This document shows positions 38,732-49,160 of a stretch of 64,000 nucleotides of DNA, one piece after another. Source of the DNA: an uncultured Nitrospinaceae bacterium (GTDB taxonomy: Bacteria; UBA8248); assembly GCA_964005815.1 (NCBI GenBank), contig CAXFSR010000049.1:10685-74684 (forward strand), in the 5' to 3' direction. The notes under the pieces are model-generated. The model saw only the letters and a program-made list of their open reading frames with translations. It did not search any database and had not been told where the DNA came from. Both the position numbers and the translations under genes were made by a program. The stretch's first letter is position 1; each line of letters begins with the position of its first letter.

Positions 38732-39907
38732 CTAAAGATGTTTGACAACTTTCATTCTTTGAACTGCATCACCTGCTAAATGAGTCCATACAGCACCGTC
38801 TCTTTGCAATTTTTCTGCACCAACATCTTTCATCACGCCCTCTCCACCATGGATATCAACATTTAAACAGGTAACCCTTTGTATTACATCAGAGGAAAAA
38901 TTCATGCAAAGTATTCCATGCCTAGGGTCACGTTTATTTCCAAGTTCACTATCACAAGCAGTCCTTAACACATAAGATCTCAGAGCTTCTGTAAGCATAT
39001 GCATCTCCGCAAGTTTCAGTTGAATCGCCTGATGTTCAATAATATATTTCCCCCCCTGCCATCTTGTCCTAGCATGATTCATCGCCATATCACATGCAGC
39101 TTGACAGACTCCTGTGGCATTAGCAGCTAACTCCAAATCATTAAATTCAGAGGTATCCCCTCGCCTAACTTTAATACCTTCATTAACCCCCCCAATCATA
39201 TTCGCATGCGGAACACGTGCATTTTCAAAAATCAGCTCCGCGTTTTGGTAAAAACGCCAACCAGTTTTATCGTATACCTTTCCAACTCTAAAACCAGGGG
39301 TATCAGTTGGAACCAAAAAAAGAGTCGAACCATCAACCATGTTGACTGATGGATCTGTTCTAGCATCTATAAAGAAAAGTTTTGCAACACTTCCATTTGC
39401 TATATAACGCTTTGTTCCATTTAAAATCCATTCGTCTCCATCTCTCTCGGCTTTCATCATCCAACCGGTCGAGGGATCATCAAGTTGCAATCGATTATCT
39501 GAGCCTGCAGCAGGCTCAGTACCACCTTTCCCTAACAAATAAGTATCGTCAGCAATAAATGGCTTCAGGAATCGTTCCTTCTGATCTTCTGTACAAATAG
39601 CCGAAATTAAATGACTCCACTTCCAACATTGACTAAATGTCTTTGCAATAGCACTATCACCACGTGCAAGTTCTTCCATTACTAGAACCTGAGTAACGAA
39701 ATCTATCCCATGACCACCCCATTCTTTAGCAACTACTGCGGTTCTAAAACCTAATGCAGAACCCTTCTTTATAATCTCCCAATCAAACGTTTCTCTAGGA
39801 TCTAGTATCTGGTCTCTTTCCAGAGAGATGGGCTTTATTTCTTCCTCAGCAAATTTCCTTGCTTTCATCTGCCAGGAAATCTGTTCTTCATTGAGTTTAA
39901 AATCCAT
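38732..39907 (-). CDS. Acyl-CoA dehydrogenase-like flavoprotein
   Basis: TEPAAGSD, WILNGTKRYI, RWQGGKYIIEHQAIQ, IHGGEG. Confidence 0.88.
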   Translation of the reverse strand: MDFKLNEEQISWQMKARKFAEEEIKPISLERDQILDPRETFDWEIIKKGSALGFRTAVVAKEWGGHGIDFVTQVLVMEELARGDSAIAKTFSQCWKWSHLISAICTEDQKERFLKPFIADDTYLLGKGGTEPAAGSDNRLQLDDPSTGWMMKAERDGDEWILNGTKRYIANGSVAKLFFIDARTDPSVNMVDGSTLFLVPTDTPGFRVGKVYDKTGWRFYQNAELIFENARVPHANMIGGVNEGIKVRRGDTSEFNDLELAANATGVCQAACDMAMNHARTRWQGGKYIIEHQAIQLKLAEMHMLTEALRSYVLRTACDSELGNKRDPRHGILCMNFSSDVIQRVTCLNVDIHGGEGVMKDVGAEKLQRDGAVWTHLAGDAVQRMKVVKHL

Positions 39908-39943
39908 TATTAAGAACTCCTATTTTAATTAACAATTTTGAAT

Positions 39944-41533
39944 TTAATTTTCTAAAAATGGCTTAGGTACTTGTGTCCACCATTTATCAATATTTAAGTC
40001 TTCACAAATTGCATTCGCAGCATTATAACCAGGTGCACCATTGAGTCCACCTCCATGACAACTAGAACCACATAAATAAAATTTTTCTAATGGAGTCCTC
40101 ATTCCAGAAAGTAAAGGATGTGGACGATTAACACCCAGTTGATCCGAAGTATAAGCTCCCATTCTAACCGCGCCCTCCACAATATTCTTGTTCCTAATAT
40201 TTAAATCATTAGGAGAATATAATTTTGCAGCACGAATAATATTACCTTTTAAATTAGGAGCATATTCACTCCATATGTCAATTAATTGTTGTGTCACCGA
40301 TTCCTTAATTTCATTCCATTTTTCAGGAGAATCACCGCCAATTCTATAGGGAGCGCCAGGCCACCAGAATGCAACATGGCCATCTTCCGGAGCGTAACTT
40401 GAATCAAATAAACTGTTACATGCACCGTTTCCCATGGGCATTGAGGGAAATTTTCCACTTCGTCTTTCCTCAGTATTTTTTGAGACTTCCTCATCTGTAT
40501 CAGCACCGAAAATTACATTAAAAGATTTTGCTACATCAGGATCATATTTCTCTGCGAAATATTTCGGTGCTTCACTGAGAGCTAGGTGTAATGTCATCAA
40601 CGAATGAAATCCCCAATCCCAATTATTCATTTTTTCATTTACTTCCTCTGGGAAAGCGTCCTCTCCTGCAATACGAATTGAAGAAGGAGCATTTAAACCA
40701 CTTGCAATAAATGAACTTGCAGAAATCTTTGAACCATTTTCAAGAACTACTCCTCCCGCATTTCCATTTTCACGATAAACTTCCTCTACCTTGCAATCTC
40801 TAAAAACTTCACCGCCATAGGATTTAATTAATTTTTCTAAAGATTTTGGTAATTCAAGAGCACCCCCAACAGAAAGACCTAAAGTAGTTTGAGATGAAAA
40901 AAGACTAGGCAAAAACATTCCTGTTCCTGGTTCATCTTCTACAGTGATTGCGTGAGCAAACAATTTAAATAATGTTCTCAATTTAGGATGCTCAAAATAG
41001 GTATCTATTGCCTCTCCAATACTCATTTTTGCGAATGAGAGCAACTCTTTCCCTTTTTCCCCCGTAATCCTATTTCCAATTTCTTCAGGAGATAGTGGAG
41101 CATGAAAAAGAAAACTTCGTAAAAGAGGTCCTAATTCTACTGCATATCGCTCGAATAAATAATTATAGGATTCAGCATCGTTTTTTGAGATTCGAGAAAT
41201 AGAAGAAACGCTTTTTTCTACATCTCTATGAAGAACTACAGACGTGCCATCTCTATATAGTGCAGCATGTTGAACTTCTGGTGTTACCCATTTAAATCCA
41301 TACTTAGATAATTCCAAATCATTAACGATTGGAAAATCTTCTAATCCAATAAAAAAATTAGCATGCATATTAGACTTGTAGCCAGGAAGGAGGAATTCTT
41401 CTGTAGAAGCGGCACCACCTATTTCTGATTCTGATTCAAAAACAGCAACCTTAAGACCACATTTTGCCAAGTAAGCAGCACAAACTAGACTGTTGTGACC
41501 AGCTCCAATTAAAATACCGTCATATGTATCCAC
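39944..41533 (-). CDS. NAD(P)/FAD-dependent oxidoreductase, phytoene desaturase-like family
   Basis: IGAGHNSLVCAAYLAK, IGGA, RPHP...RTP...YLCGSSCHGGG...GYNAA. Confidence 0.88.
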   Translation of the reverse strand: MDTYDGILIGAGHNSLVCAAYLAKCGLKVAVFESESEIGGAASTEEFLLPGYKSNMHANFFIGLEDFPIVNDLELSKYGFKWVTPEVQHAALYRDGTSVVLHRDVEKSVSSISRISKNDAESYNYLFERYAVELGPLLRSFLFHAPLSPEEIGNRITGEKGKELLSFAKMSIGEAIDTYFEHPKLRTLFKLFAHAITVEDEPGTGMFLPSLFSSQTTLGLSVGGALELPKSLEKLIKSYGGEVFRDCKVEEVYRENGNAGGVVLENGSKISASSFIASGLNAPSSIRIAGEDAFPEEVNEKMNNWDWGFHSLMTLHLALSEAPKYFAEKYDPDVAKSFNVIFGADTDEEVSKNTEERRSGKFPSMPMGNGACNSLFDSSYAPEDGHVAFWWPGAPYRIGGDSPEKWNEIKESVTQQLIDIWSEYAPNLKGNIIRAAKLYSPNDLNIRNKNIVEGAVRMGAYTSDQLGVNRPHPLLSGMRTPLEKFYLCGSSCHGGGLNGAPGYNAANAICEDLNIDKWWTQVPKPFLEN

Positions 41534-41595
41534 TTTAACCCCCCATTTGGTTAAATTAGAACAAATACAGTCGAAATCTAAAAAAAATTATCAAG

Positions 41596-42720
41596 CTATT
41601 TCGTTAATTCAGATTGTAATACTTCAGGTTCAATTGGGAGAGCTAGCGGCGCCTCCATTTTGGCAGATAAATCACAAGCCATTGTTAACATTAAATTCCT
41701 ATGTCCTTCCTCGGCAGTACAATGAGGGGTGTCTACTCCTGCGTATATTCTTGCAAGCCAAGAATTTGTTTCTTCACGCATGGGACCCCAGAACTGCCCC
41801 CTTGAAATATCGCCAGGTGGATAACTAGCTAAGAAGTTAACATGTCTTTCGTCACCACGATGGGCAACCCAAGGCTTTTCTGTAGCCATAACCATATCTC
41901 TATGTGTATCGTCAATAGTAAGAACTCCACCTGTTCCAACTATTCCAATTTCTAAACTATAAGTTGAAGCAGGCCATACAACTGGCAAGCCCCAACTACA
42001 AGACATGCTCCATAAAGTACCATCCTCAAAAGTGAAAATACTGTAGGTAGAGTCCTGAGTCCCCAGACCAGTTAGAGCCTTCGCAACCGAACGAGCATAT
42101 ATTTCAGTTGGTTTCTTACCTTCACCTAAGACCCAAAGTATAACGTCTAATGCGTGAGTTCCAGAAATCACCATTGGAGTTAATAAAGAACGATCCTCGT
42201 TTGCTTCTAAGCGCGTTATCCCAACCATTCTATTCAAAAATGCCCTAGTTGTTGCAGATGTTATATCTCCTAATTGACCGGAGGCAACTTGCTCTCTAGC
42301 AACTAACCATTTTCTCCTGAACCTTTGTGTATAACCAACAACTAGATCTATATTTGCGTCTTGTGCTGCTTTAACTATTTTTGCAGATTCAACTACATTA
42401 GTCGCCAGAGGCTTTTCTGCGATGATTCTATGTCCATGTTCTATAGATTCAAAAAGTGTTTCTGCATGTACGTTTTCATCCGTAGCTAGAACGGCAGAAT
42501 TAACTTCTGACCTTTTTAATAATTCCTTATAATCAGTCGTAAAAAAGTCTGCATTCAAATCTTCAGCTAGCTGTTTACCTTTTTTCTCATCAATATCACA
42601 ACAGCCGATCCACTCTGTACCAGGATATTCTAATGCACAACGCCCTCTAATTCTTCCAACACGACCACAACCTACAATTGCTAATCCAATTGGAGTCTTT
42701 GTTTTATCATTCTCTGGCAC
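41596..42720 (-). CDS. Gfo/Idh/MocA family oxidoreductase
   Basis: AIVGCGRVG, AEKPLA, VGYTQRF, GTHALD. Confidence 0.9.
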   Translation of the reverse strand: MPENDKTKTPIGLAIVGCGRVGRIRGRCALEYPGTEWIGCCDIDEKKGKQLAEDLNADFFTTDYKELLKRSEVNSAVLATDENVHAETLFESIEHGHRIIAEKPLATNVVESAKIVKAAQDANIDLVVGYTQRFRRKWLVAREQVASGQLGDITSATTRAFLNRMVGITRLEANEDRSLLTPMVISGTHALDVILWVLGEGKKPTEIYARSVAKALTGLGTQDSTYSIFTFEDGTLWSMSCSWGLPVVWPASTYSLEIGIVGTGGVLTIDDTHRDMVMATEKPWVAHRGDERHVNFLASYPPGDISRGQFWGPMREETNSWLARIYAGVDTPHCTAEEGHRNLMLTMACDLSAKMEAPLALPIEPEVLQSELTK

Positions 42721-42874
42721 TTTCTTTTTCCCCCATTTTATGCAAAAAAATATATATACATTTTTTCAAGTGAATTTAAGAACATTGGTAATATTTATGT
42801 AACAAGTATATTGCAAATCATACACAAAATATAATTAAAATTGAGAAAATAAATTAATTTTTAAGGAGAGACCT

Positions 42875-44548
42875 ATGCCGGAGATAAAGGGAGCTCGATA
42901 TATCGGAGAGTTCTTAGTTAAGTACGGAGTAAGTACCTTTTTTTTCAAACCATCAGTACTCAGCAAAACTTTAGCGCAGATGGATGATTTGCCTATCAAA
43001 AGAGTTTTAACTCACGGAGAAAAATCAGCTGCTTATATGGCGGATGGTTACGCAAGAGCATCTGGAAAACCCGGTGTATGCGGCGCACAAACTGTAGGTG
43101 CCGCAAATTTAGCTGCAGGACTCCGAGACGCTTATATGGAGAATAGTCCAGTCATTTCGTTGACGGGAGGCAGATTTCCACACTCGAAACATAAAAGACC
43201 TTACCAAGAAATAGATGACTATCCTATATTCGAACCTCTTACAAAAGCAAACTATCAGATAGATGAAGTTGAAAGAATTCCTGATCTTATGAGACAAGCT
43301 TTTAGGGACGCCACATCTGGAACCCCAGGACCAGTGAATCTTCAGTTTCTAGGCCTGCACGGAGAGATTGAAAATGACACTGCAGATCTAGAAATGATCG
43401 TAGAAAAAGAATTTACGCAACTTCCTTCTTACAGGTCGTATCCAGATCATGAACTTCTTGACAAATTACTTGTTAAATTAGAAAACGCTGAACGTCCAGT
43501 AATAATAGTCGACTCTGAAGCAAGGAGATCCGGTGCCGGAAAAGAGTTGTCTGCTCTTTCGGTAAAACTATCCATCCCAATCGCAACATCGACTGGAGCA
43601 TATGCCCTTATACCAGATGATCATCCCAATTATATTGGAGTACCTGGCACATATTCTAGATCATGTTCAAATCAAATATTATCTAAGTCTGATTTGGTTA
43701 TCTTCATTGGTAGTGAATTGGGTGGACAAATTACACATTTTTGGAAACTTCCTGTTCCAGGAACAGAAGTTATTCAAATTGGAAATGACAGTTCTGAATT
43801 CGGAAGAACTTACCCAAATACACTATCAGTTTTAGGAGATGTAAAAGTCACGATACGTGAACTTATAAAAAAGATTCAGCAAGATAAAGAAGCAACGTCA
43901 TGGCTTTTAGAAACAAGAAAAATAGTAGAAGAATGGAAAAAAGAACAATCTATTTTTAGAGATTCAGTATCCTCTCCAATGCGCCCTGAAAGAATAATGA
44001 AAGAATTAGGCAATTCCCTTCCAGAAGATGTTCTCTTAGTTTGTGATACTGGACATTCAGCATTATGGGTAACACAACAATTATGGATAAATAGTAAATC
44101 ATGGGATATGATTCGATGTGCTGGCTCTCTTGGGTGGGCATTTCCTGCCTCTATTGGAGCAAAATGTGCTCTACCCGAACGTCCTGTTGTTTGTTTCACA
44201 GGAGATGGTGGTTTTTGGTATCATATTCAAGAAATTGAGACTGCTGCAAGATGCAAAATACCAACTGTAACTGTTGTCAATAACAATCATTCAATGAATC
44301 AAGAAATAAATGTTTACACCGCTGCTTATGATGGAAACCCATCTGATAAATGGGGAGACATGTGGATTTTTAATAAGGTTAATTTCTCTAAAATTGCAAA
44401 TGAAATGGGTGCTCAAGGAATTAGGGTCGAGGATCCAAATGATATATCATCAGCTTTGGATAAAGGACTCAATACACTTGACAAGCCAACCGTAATAGAA
44501 GTGATCTCTGATATAAATGCTTTAGCTCCAAAAACATGGACGCCTTAA
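42875..44548 (+). CDS. Thiamine-diphosphate-dependent enzyme, acetolactate synthase-like, copy 1
   Basis: HGEKSAAYMADGYAR, PGPV, GSLGW, GDGG...NNN ThDP motif. Confidence 0.9.
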   Translation: MPEIKGARYIGEFLVKYGVSTFFFKPSVLSKTLAQMDDLPIKRVLTHGEKSAAYMADGYARASGKPGVCGAQTVGAANLAAGLRDAYMENSPVISLTGGRFPHSKHKRPYQEIDDYPIFEPLTKANYQIDEVERIPDLMRQAFRDATSGTPGPVNLQFLGLHGEIENDTADLEMIVEKEFTQLPSYRSYPDHELLDKLLVKLENAERPVIIVDSEARRSGAGKELSALSVKLSIPIATSTGAYALIPDDHPNYIGVPGTYSRSCSNQILSKSDLVIFIGSELGGQITHFWKLPVPGTEVIQIGNDSSEFGRTYPNTLSVLGDVKVTIRELIKKIQQDKEATSWLLETRKIVEEWKKEQSIFRDSVSSPMRPERIMKELGNSLPEDVLLVCDTGHSALWVTQQLWINSKSWDMIRCAGSLGWAFPASIGAKCALPERPVVCFTGDGGFWYHIQEIETAARCKIPTVTVVNNNHSMNQEINVYTAAYDGNPSDKWGDMWIFNKVNFSKIANEMGAQGIRVEDPNDISSALDKGLNTLDKPTVIEVISDINALAPKTWTP

Positions 44549-44600
44549 AATTTTAACATTAAACTACTAAATAAATTCGAAAATTGATGCGAGGGGAAAA

Positions 44601-45791
44601 ATGTCGGAAAACAACTTACCATTATCTAGATTTAAAGTTCTCGATTTAACTACCGCAAGATCTGGTCCAACCGCCGTAAAACAACTCGCAGACTGGGGTG
44701 CAGATGTTATTAAGATCGAACCTTCAAGAAAAATTATTGCTTCTGGCGGTGGATTATCCAGAGATAGACATGGATATGAAATGCAAAACCTTCATAGAAA
44801 CAAACGAGGGATGACATTAAATCTAAAAAGTGAAGAAGGCAGAGAGATTTTTTATAACCTTGTCAAAAATTCAGACGTAGTCATAGAAAATTATCGACCA
44901 GATGTCAAAAATCGTCTGAAAATAGATTATGAAACTTTAAAATCTATAAACAAAAAAATAATTCTAGGGAGTATCTCAGGTTTTGGTCAATTTGGTCCGT
45001 ATTCTAGTCGACCGGGTTTAGACCAGATTGCCCAAGGGTTAAGTGGATTGATGTCCGTAACTGGCATGCCTGAAAATGGACCAACAAGAGTAGGTGTTCC
45101 AATTGGAGACCTCACCGCAGGAATGATGCTAGCACAAGGTGTACTTCTAGCTTTGCTAGAAAGAGAGAAATCGGGTGAAGGTCAATGGGTACATACTTCC
45201 CTTCTAGAAGGTCTAATTCAAATAATGGATTTACAAGCCGCTCGTTTCTTAATGGCAGGAGAAGTTCCTAAACAAGTTGGGAACCTACATCCAGTTTATC
45301 TACCAACTGGAGTTTTTCCAACTTCTGATTCTTCTATGAATATACAATCTCCCGGTCAAGTTTTTTGGAAAAGATTAAGTGCTGCCTTAGGAAAACCCGA
45401 ACTGTTTGAAGATGAAGATTTCAAAACTCCAGAAGACCGATGGAATAATAAAGATAGATTAAACAAAGAAATTTCAGAATTGACAATGCAGAAAACTACC
45501 GCGGAATGGGTTGAAATCCTAAATGATGCCGGAGTGCCTTGTGGCCCAATTCACAGTGTAAATGAGACATTTGCAGATCCGCAAGTTCAGCAATTAAATA
45601 TGAATCCTGAACTCGAGCACCCTGTGATCGGAAAGATAAATGTCGTTGGACAGGCAATTAAATTAAGTAGAACTCCGCAAAAAATGAGATTTACTACACC
45701 GGAAGTTGGGGAGCATAATGATCAAATTCTATCTGAGCTAAATTACAGTGAAGAGGACATAGAAAAATTCAAACAAGAGGATATCATCTAA
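44601..45791 (+). CDS. CaiB/BaiF (family III) CoA transferase
   Basis: LADWGADVIKIEP, HRNKR, ENYRP, DQIAQG, PIGD. Confidence 0.93.
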   Translation: MSENNLPLSRFKVLDLTTARSGPTAVKQLADWGADVIKIEPSRKIIASGGGLSRDRHGYEMQNLHRNKRGMTLNLKSEEGREIFYNLVKNSDVVIENYRPDVKNRLKIDYETLKSINKKIILGSISGFGQFGPYSSRPGLDQIAQGLSGLMSVTGMPENGPTRVGVPIGDLTAGMMLAQGVLLALLEREKSGEGQWVHTSLLEGLIQIMDLQAARFLMAGEVPKQVGNLHPVYLPTGVFPTSDSSMNIQSPGQVFWKRLSAALGKPELFEDEDFKTPEDRWNNKDRLNKEISELTMQKTTAEWVEILNDAGVPCGPIHSVNETFADPQVQQLNMNPELEHPVIGKINVVGQAIKLSRTPQKMRFTTPEVGEHNDQILSELNYSEEDIEKFKQEDII

Positions 45792-45795
45792 AATC

Positions 45796-46566
45796 TTAAA
45801 TCATAAGAATTCCACCATTTACATCTAAGGTTACACCGGTAATGTAACTTGCTTGTCGACTACATAAAAATAGAATCGGCCAGGCAATTTCTTCCGGATC
45901 ACACATTCTACCTAAAGGAGAGTTCTTTCTTATTCTGTCCATCTGTTCTTCTGTTCTCATTGCGATAGTTCTAGGAGTATTCACGTTCGCAGGAGCAACA
46001 GAATTTACGGTAATTCCAAAGGGGCCGAACTCTTTAGCTGCTTGTCTTGTTAATGAAAGTAATCCTCCTTTAGAAGCGGTATAATGAGGAGAATGTGTAG
46101 CAACACGGGCAGCAGCACTTGAAAGAGAGATGATTCTTCCGTAGTTATTTTTTTTCATCAAAGGAGTAATTGCTTTCAGTAACAAAAAAAAACTTTTTAA
46201 ATTGTTATCTACAATATCATCCCACTCATCTACAGGAAGATCCGTGAGTGAAATATATTGTGGAAAACCACCTGCACTATGAACTAAGGAATGGATATGT
46301 CCTGCTTCATTTTCAATTCTTTTGACCGACTTTTGAATTGCTAACCAATCGGTTAAATCAAGGCAGGCAACAAGAGCCTTACCTCCTGAGCCAGTAATAT
46401 CATTGGCAACTCTCTCTACCCCTTTTTTATCGAAATCCATAACTACAACATTCGCACCCCGCGATGCAAATAATTTTGCGCACATTTCGCCTATCCCAGT
46501 TGCAGCACCTGTAACAACCGCGACCTCTCCATCAAAATTCATAATTAATGAGTCGTGTTTAATCAT
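45796..46566 (-). CDS. Short-chain dehydrogenase/reductase (SDR)
   Basis: TGAATGIG, SS, YTASK, ITVNSVAP, YITG...VNGG. Confidence 0.93.
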   Translation of the reverse strand: MIKHDSLIMNFDGEVAVVTGAATGIGEMCAKLFASRGANVVVMDFDKKGVERVANDITGSGGKALVACLDLTDWLAIQKSVKRIENEAGHIHSLVHSAGGFPQYISLTDLPVDEWDDIVDNNLKSFFLLLKAITPLMKKNNYGRIISLSSAAARVATHSPHYTASKGGLLSLTRQAAKEFGPFGITVNSVAPANVNTPRTIAMRTEEQMDRIRKNSPLGRMCDPEEIAWPILFLCSRQASYITGVTLDVNGGILMI

Positions 46567-46578
46567 TATTTTAATTTT

Positions 46579-47472
46579 CTAATCGAATCTCTCAGGCAAA
46601 CCAGCCATTTTTCTTAGAACTTCAAAAACTGCCACAGAATCTCTCTCAGCATGACCATTTTCGTATGCATTTTGTGCTAATTGAGACCATATACTAGTCA
46701 TTAACATTGGAGAACCAAATCTTTGTCCTTGTTCCAACATCAATCTTGAATCCTTTAAAGAAATTTTGATTAAACCTTCTGGGCTATAATCTCCATTGAT
46801 CATTTTTGGACCTTTATCTATCATCGTTTTAGATGAACATGCTCCATCTTGAAGTACTTCAAGTAAGTTATTCAATTCCATACCAGCCTTTGTTCCTAAA
46901 GACAGGGCCTCAGCAAGTGCAAGTCGATTGCCTGCAAGAACTAAATTGATAATCAATTTCGTAAGAGCTCCAGAACCAACCGCACCCATCAAATATGAAG
47001 CTCGACTAAATCCATCAAAATATGGTTTGCAAGCATTAAAATCTTCTTGTTCCCCTCCTGCAATGATTATCAAATCTTTTTTCCAAGCCATTGCACTTGT
47101 TCCACTAACTGCAGCATCAAGAAAGCGAATCCCTTTCTCTGCTAATTCTTTTCCCAAAACCTCTGAATCTTCAGGTCTCGAGGTAGTAGCATCAGCTATA
47201 ATAAGACCTTCTTCTGCACTTTCCATAATCCCATTATTGCCGAAAATTACTTCTCTGACGATATCACTAGTAGGCAGAGAAGTTATCAGCCAATTTACTC
47301 CTTTAGCTGCTGCTGAAGGAGATTCCGCAGAAATTCCACCTCTTTCTACAAATTCGTCAACTCTTTTCCCATCTAAGTCAAAACCCTGCACCTCATAACC
47401 AGCATTAAGAAGATTCCCTGAAATAGCTGAACCCATCAATCCGATTCCTACAATACCAACACGCTCTGACAT
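46579..47472 (-). CDS. NAD(P)-dependent oxidoreductase, 3-hydroxyisobutyrate/tartronate-semialdehyde reductase family
   Basis: GIVGIGLMG, FLDAAVSG, TKLIIN (catalytic Lys), KD. Confidence 0.9.
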   Translation of the reverse strand: MSERVGIVGIGLMGSAISGNLLNAGYEVQGFDLDGKRVDEFVERGGISAESPSAAAKGVNWLITSLPTSDIVREVIFGNNGIMESAEEGLIIADATTSRPEDSEVLGKELAEKGIRFLDAAVSGTSAMAWKKDLIIIAGGEQEDFNACKPYFDGFSRASYLMGAVGSGALTKLIINLVLAGNRLALAEALSLGTKAGMELNNLLEVLQDGACSSKTMIDKGPKMINGDYSPEGLIKISLKDSRLMLEQGQRFGSPMLMTSIWSQLAQNAYENGHAERDSVAVFEVLRKMAGLPERFD

Positions 47473-47516
47473 ACATTAACCTCCAACATTAAAATTCTTT
47501 AAAATAAAATAGTTAG

Positions 47517-49142
47517 CTATCTAGGAATAAATGGAACAATCAATCTAGATTGTTCCTTCCCAGTTAAAATAGTGTTAGTGACAGGTCTAGGAATTGGATC
47601 ATGTGTGTAAATTAAATTTGTTACTGGATCACATGATGAAATTTCTAATTTTAATGAATGCCCCTCAAGGAACAAATTACACGTAGAGACTATTTCAATT
47701 TCGTACTCATACACTTCACCAGGATTAATCAACTCTACTTTATTATGAGGGTGCCAAGGTCTCCAATTCTTACTTTTTTGTGAATCTAATGCTCTATGAG
47801 AAGCTTTTAAACAACCACGAGTTAAAACTTTCTCTGAACCATCGGGAAATTCATCTTTAACAAAAACAAACCAATCCGTATCATCCTGATCAGAAATTGC
47901 AAATAATTTCAGAACTAATGGTCCTGTAATTTCAAATGGTTTTTCCGCTGGTTCAGTTCTAAAAACTAATTTTGGTTCACCGAGTTTTGACTCTGACGTT
48001 CCAGGAACAAATTTATAACATCTCTCCCCATAAGAGGAAACATTTTCAGTAAGCCTTTCGCCATCAAGATAAAGCTCCTTCCAATCCGTTCTCTCTAAAG
48101 GCCATTCTTTCTCAGTCCTCCAAGTATTTTCTCCTTGAATAAAAATATTAATCGGAGGACCTTCATTTACTCCTGTATCCAATTCTTTCAAATAATGGTC
48201 ATACCAGCGAAGAGCCTCAAAATGATATACGCCAAAAGGTCTTCTAGGCTGGGGTTCAGGACCAATCAACATTCTTTTTGGGGTACTTTGAGGTATTAAA
48301 TCCCAACCCTCAAAAGCCCCTCTTAAATGAAGACCATAAAAATTCCAATCGCATCCAAGATATGTGGGAACTTCTATTTTGCATAAATTAGACCATGAAG
48401 ACCGCTCTTGAAAGTACTCACAGTCAAGACTATCTTTTCCACTTAAAACTCGATTAAAATGATAATTAAAACCAGAGAGATCTTTCACACGACCACTTGT
48501 ATGATTCAAGAACATTAAACTCGTGAACCAAAAACGCGCCCAAGCAGAATAGATTCCTCCATGATAATAGGCATCACGATATAAATCAGTCATTGCATCA
48601 TATGGAAAGATTGCAGAAAGTCCTTCGGGTTGCTGTTGCGCGGCAAGTAATTGACTCATCCCAAAATAAGAACATCCAATCATACCTACTTTTCCATTAC
48701 ACCAAGGTTGATTAGCAATAAACTCTATCATCTCTTTTAAGTCTTTTTGTTCTTCTGGACCCCAATGATCCCATGCCCCTCCCGAATCATTAGAACCTCT
48801 AACATCTGCAATAATTTGAACATAGCCCCTAGGCACCCAAAATTCAGTCAGTCCTGCCTCATTTTGTCCGATAGGAACCATGGTTGGCTGTAGTTGTCGA
48901 GTGTATGGAGACCAAGAAAGCAGAGCTGGAAATTTTTCGCCAGAAACATTAGGTCTATACACATCATAAAAGATATCTATCCCATCTCTTACCGTAAGTG
49001 TTTTTGAGTTTTCTATGAAAACAGAATATTTAGGAAGAGAAATTTCCCTGCTCTTGGGTTCTTCATTAAAAGGATATTGCGGCCAGGAAGATGGATTGAT
49101 AGTTCGAATGCTTTCCGGATTCACTTTGGGAAATTGATTCAT
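47517..49142 (-). CDS. CocE/NonD family serine hydrolase, copy 2
   Basis: VRDG, SPY, GMIGCSYFG, ITGP, RPWHPH; paralog of 24137..25783. Confidence 0.9.
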   Translation of the reverse strand: MNQFPKVNPESIRTINPSSWPQYPFNEEPKSREISLPKYSVFIENSKTLTVRDGIDIFYDVYRPNVSGEKFPALLSWSPYTRQLQPTMVPIGQNEAGLTEFWVPRGYVQIIADVRGSNDSGGAWDHWGPEEQKDLKEMIEFIANQPWCNGKVGMIGCSYFGMSQLLAAQQQPEGLSAIFPYDAMTDLYRDAYYHGGIYSAWARFWFTSLMFLNHTSGRVKDLSGFNYHFNRVLSGKDSLDCEYFQERSSWSNLCKIEVPTYLGCDWNFYGLHLRGAFEGWDLIPQSTPKRMLIGPEPQPRRPFGVYHFEALRWYDHYLKELDTGVNEGPPINIFIQGENTWRTEKEWPLERTDWKELYLDGERLTENVSSYGERCYKFVPGTSESKLGEPKLVFRTEPAEKPFEITGPLVLKLFAISDQDDTDWFVFVKDEFPDGSEKVLTRGCLKASHRALDSQKSKNWRPWHPHNKVELINPGEVYEYEIEIVSTCNLFLEGHSLKLEISSCDPVTNLIYTHDPIPRPVTNTILTGKEQSRLIVPFIPR

Positions 49143-49160
49143 CGCATTCCTCTAAAATCT

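Noticed and set aside
39944..41533. Carotenoid biosynthesis inferred from the phytoene-desaturase-like gene plus dxs/ispA
   Set aside because: No crtB/crtY nearby; the gene lies in a catabolic run and the family is functionally broad.
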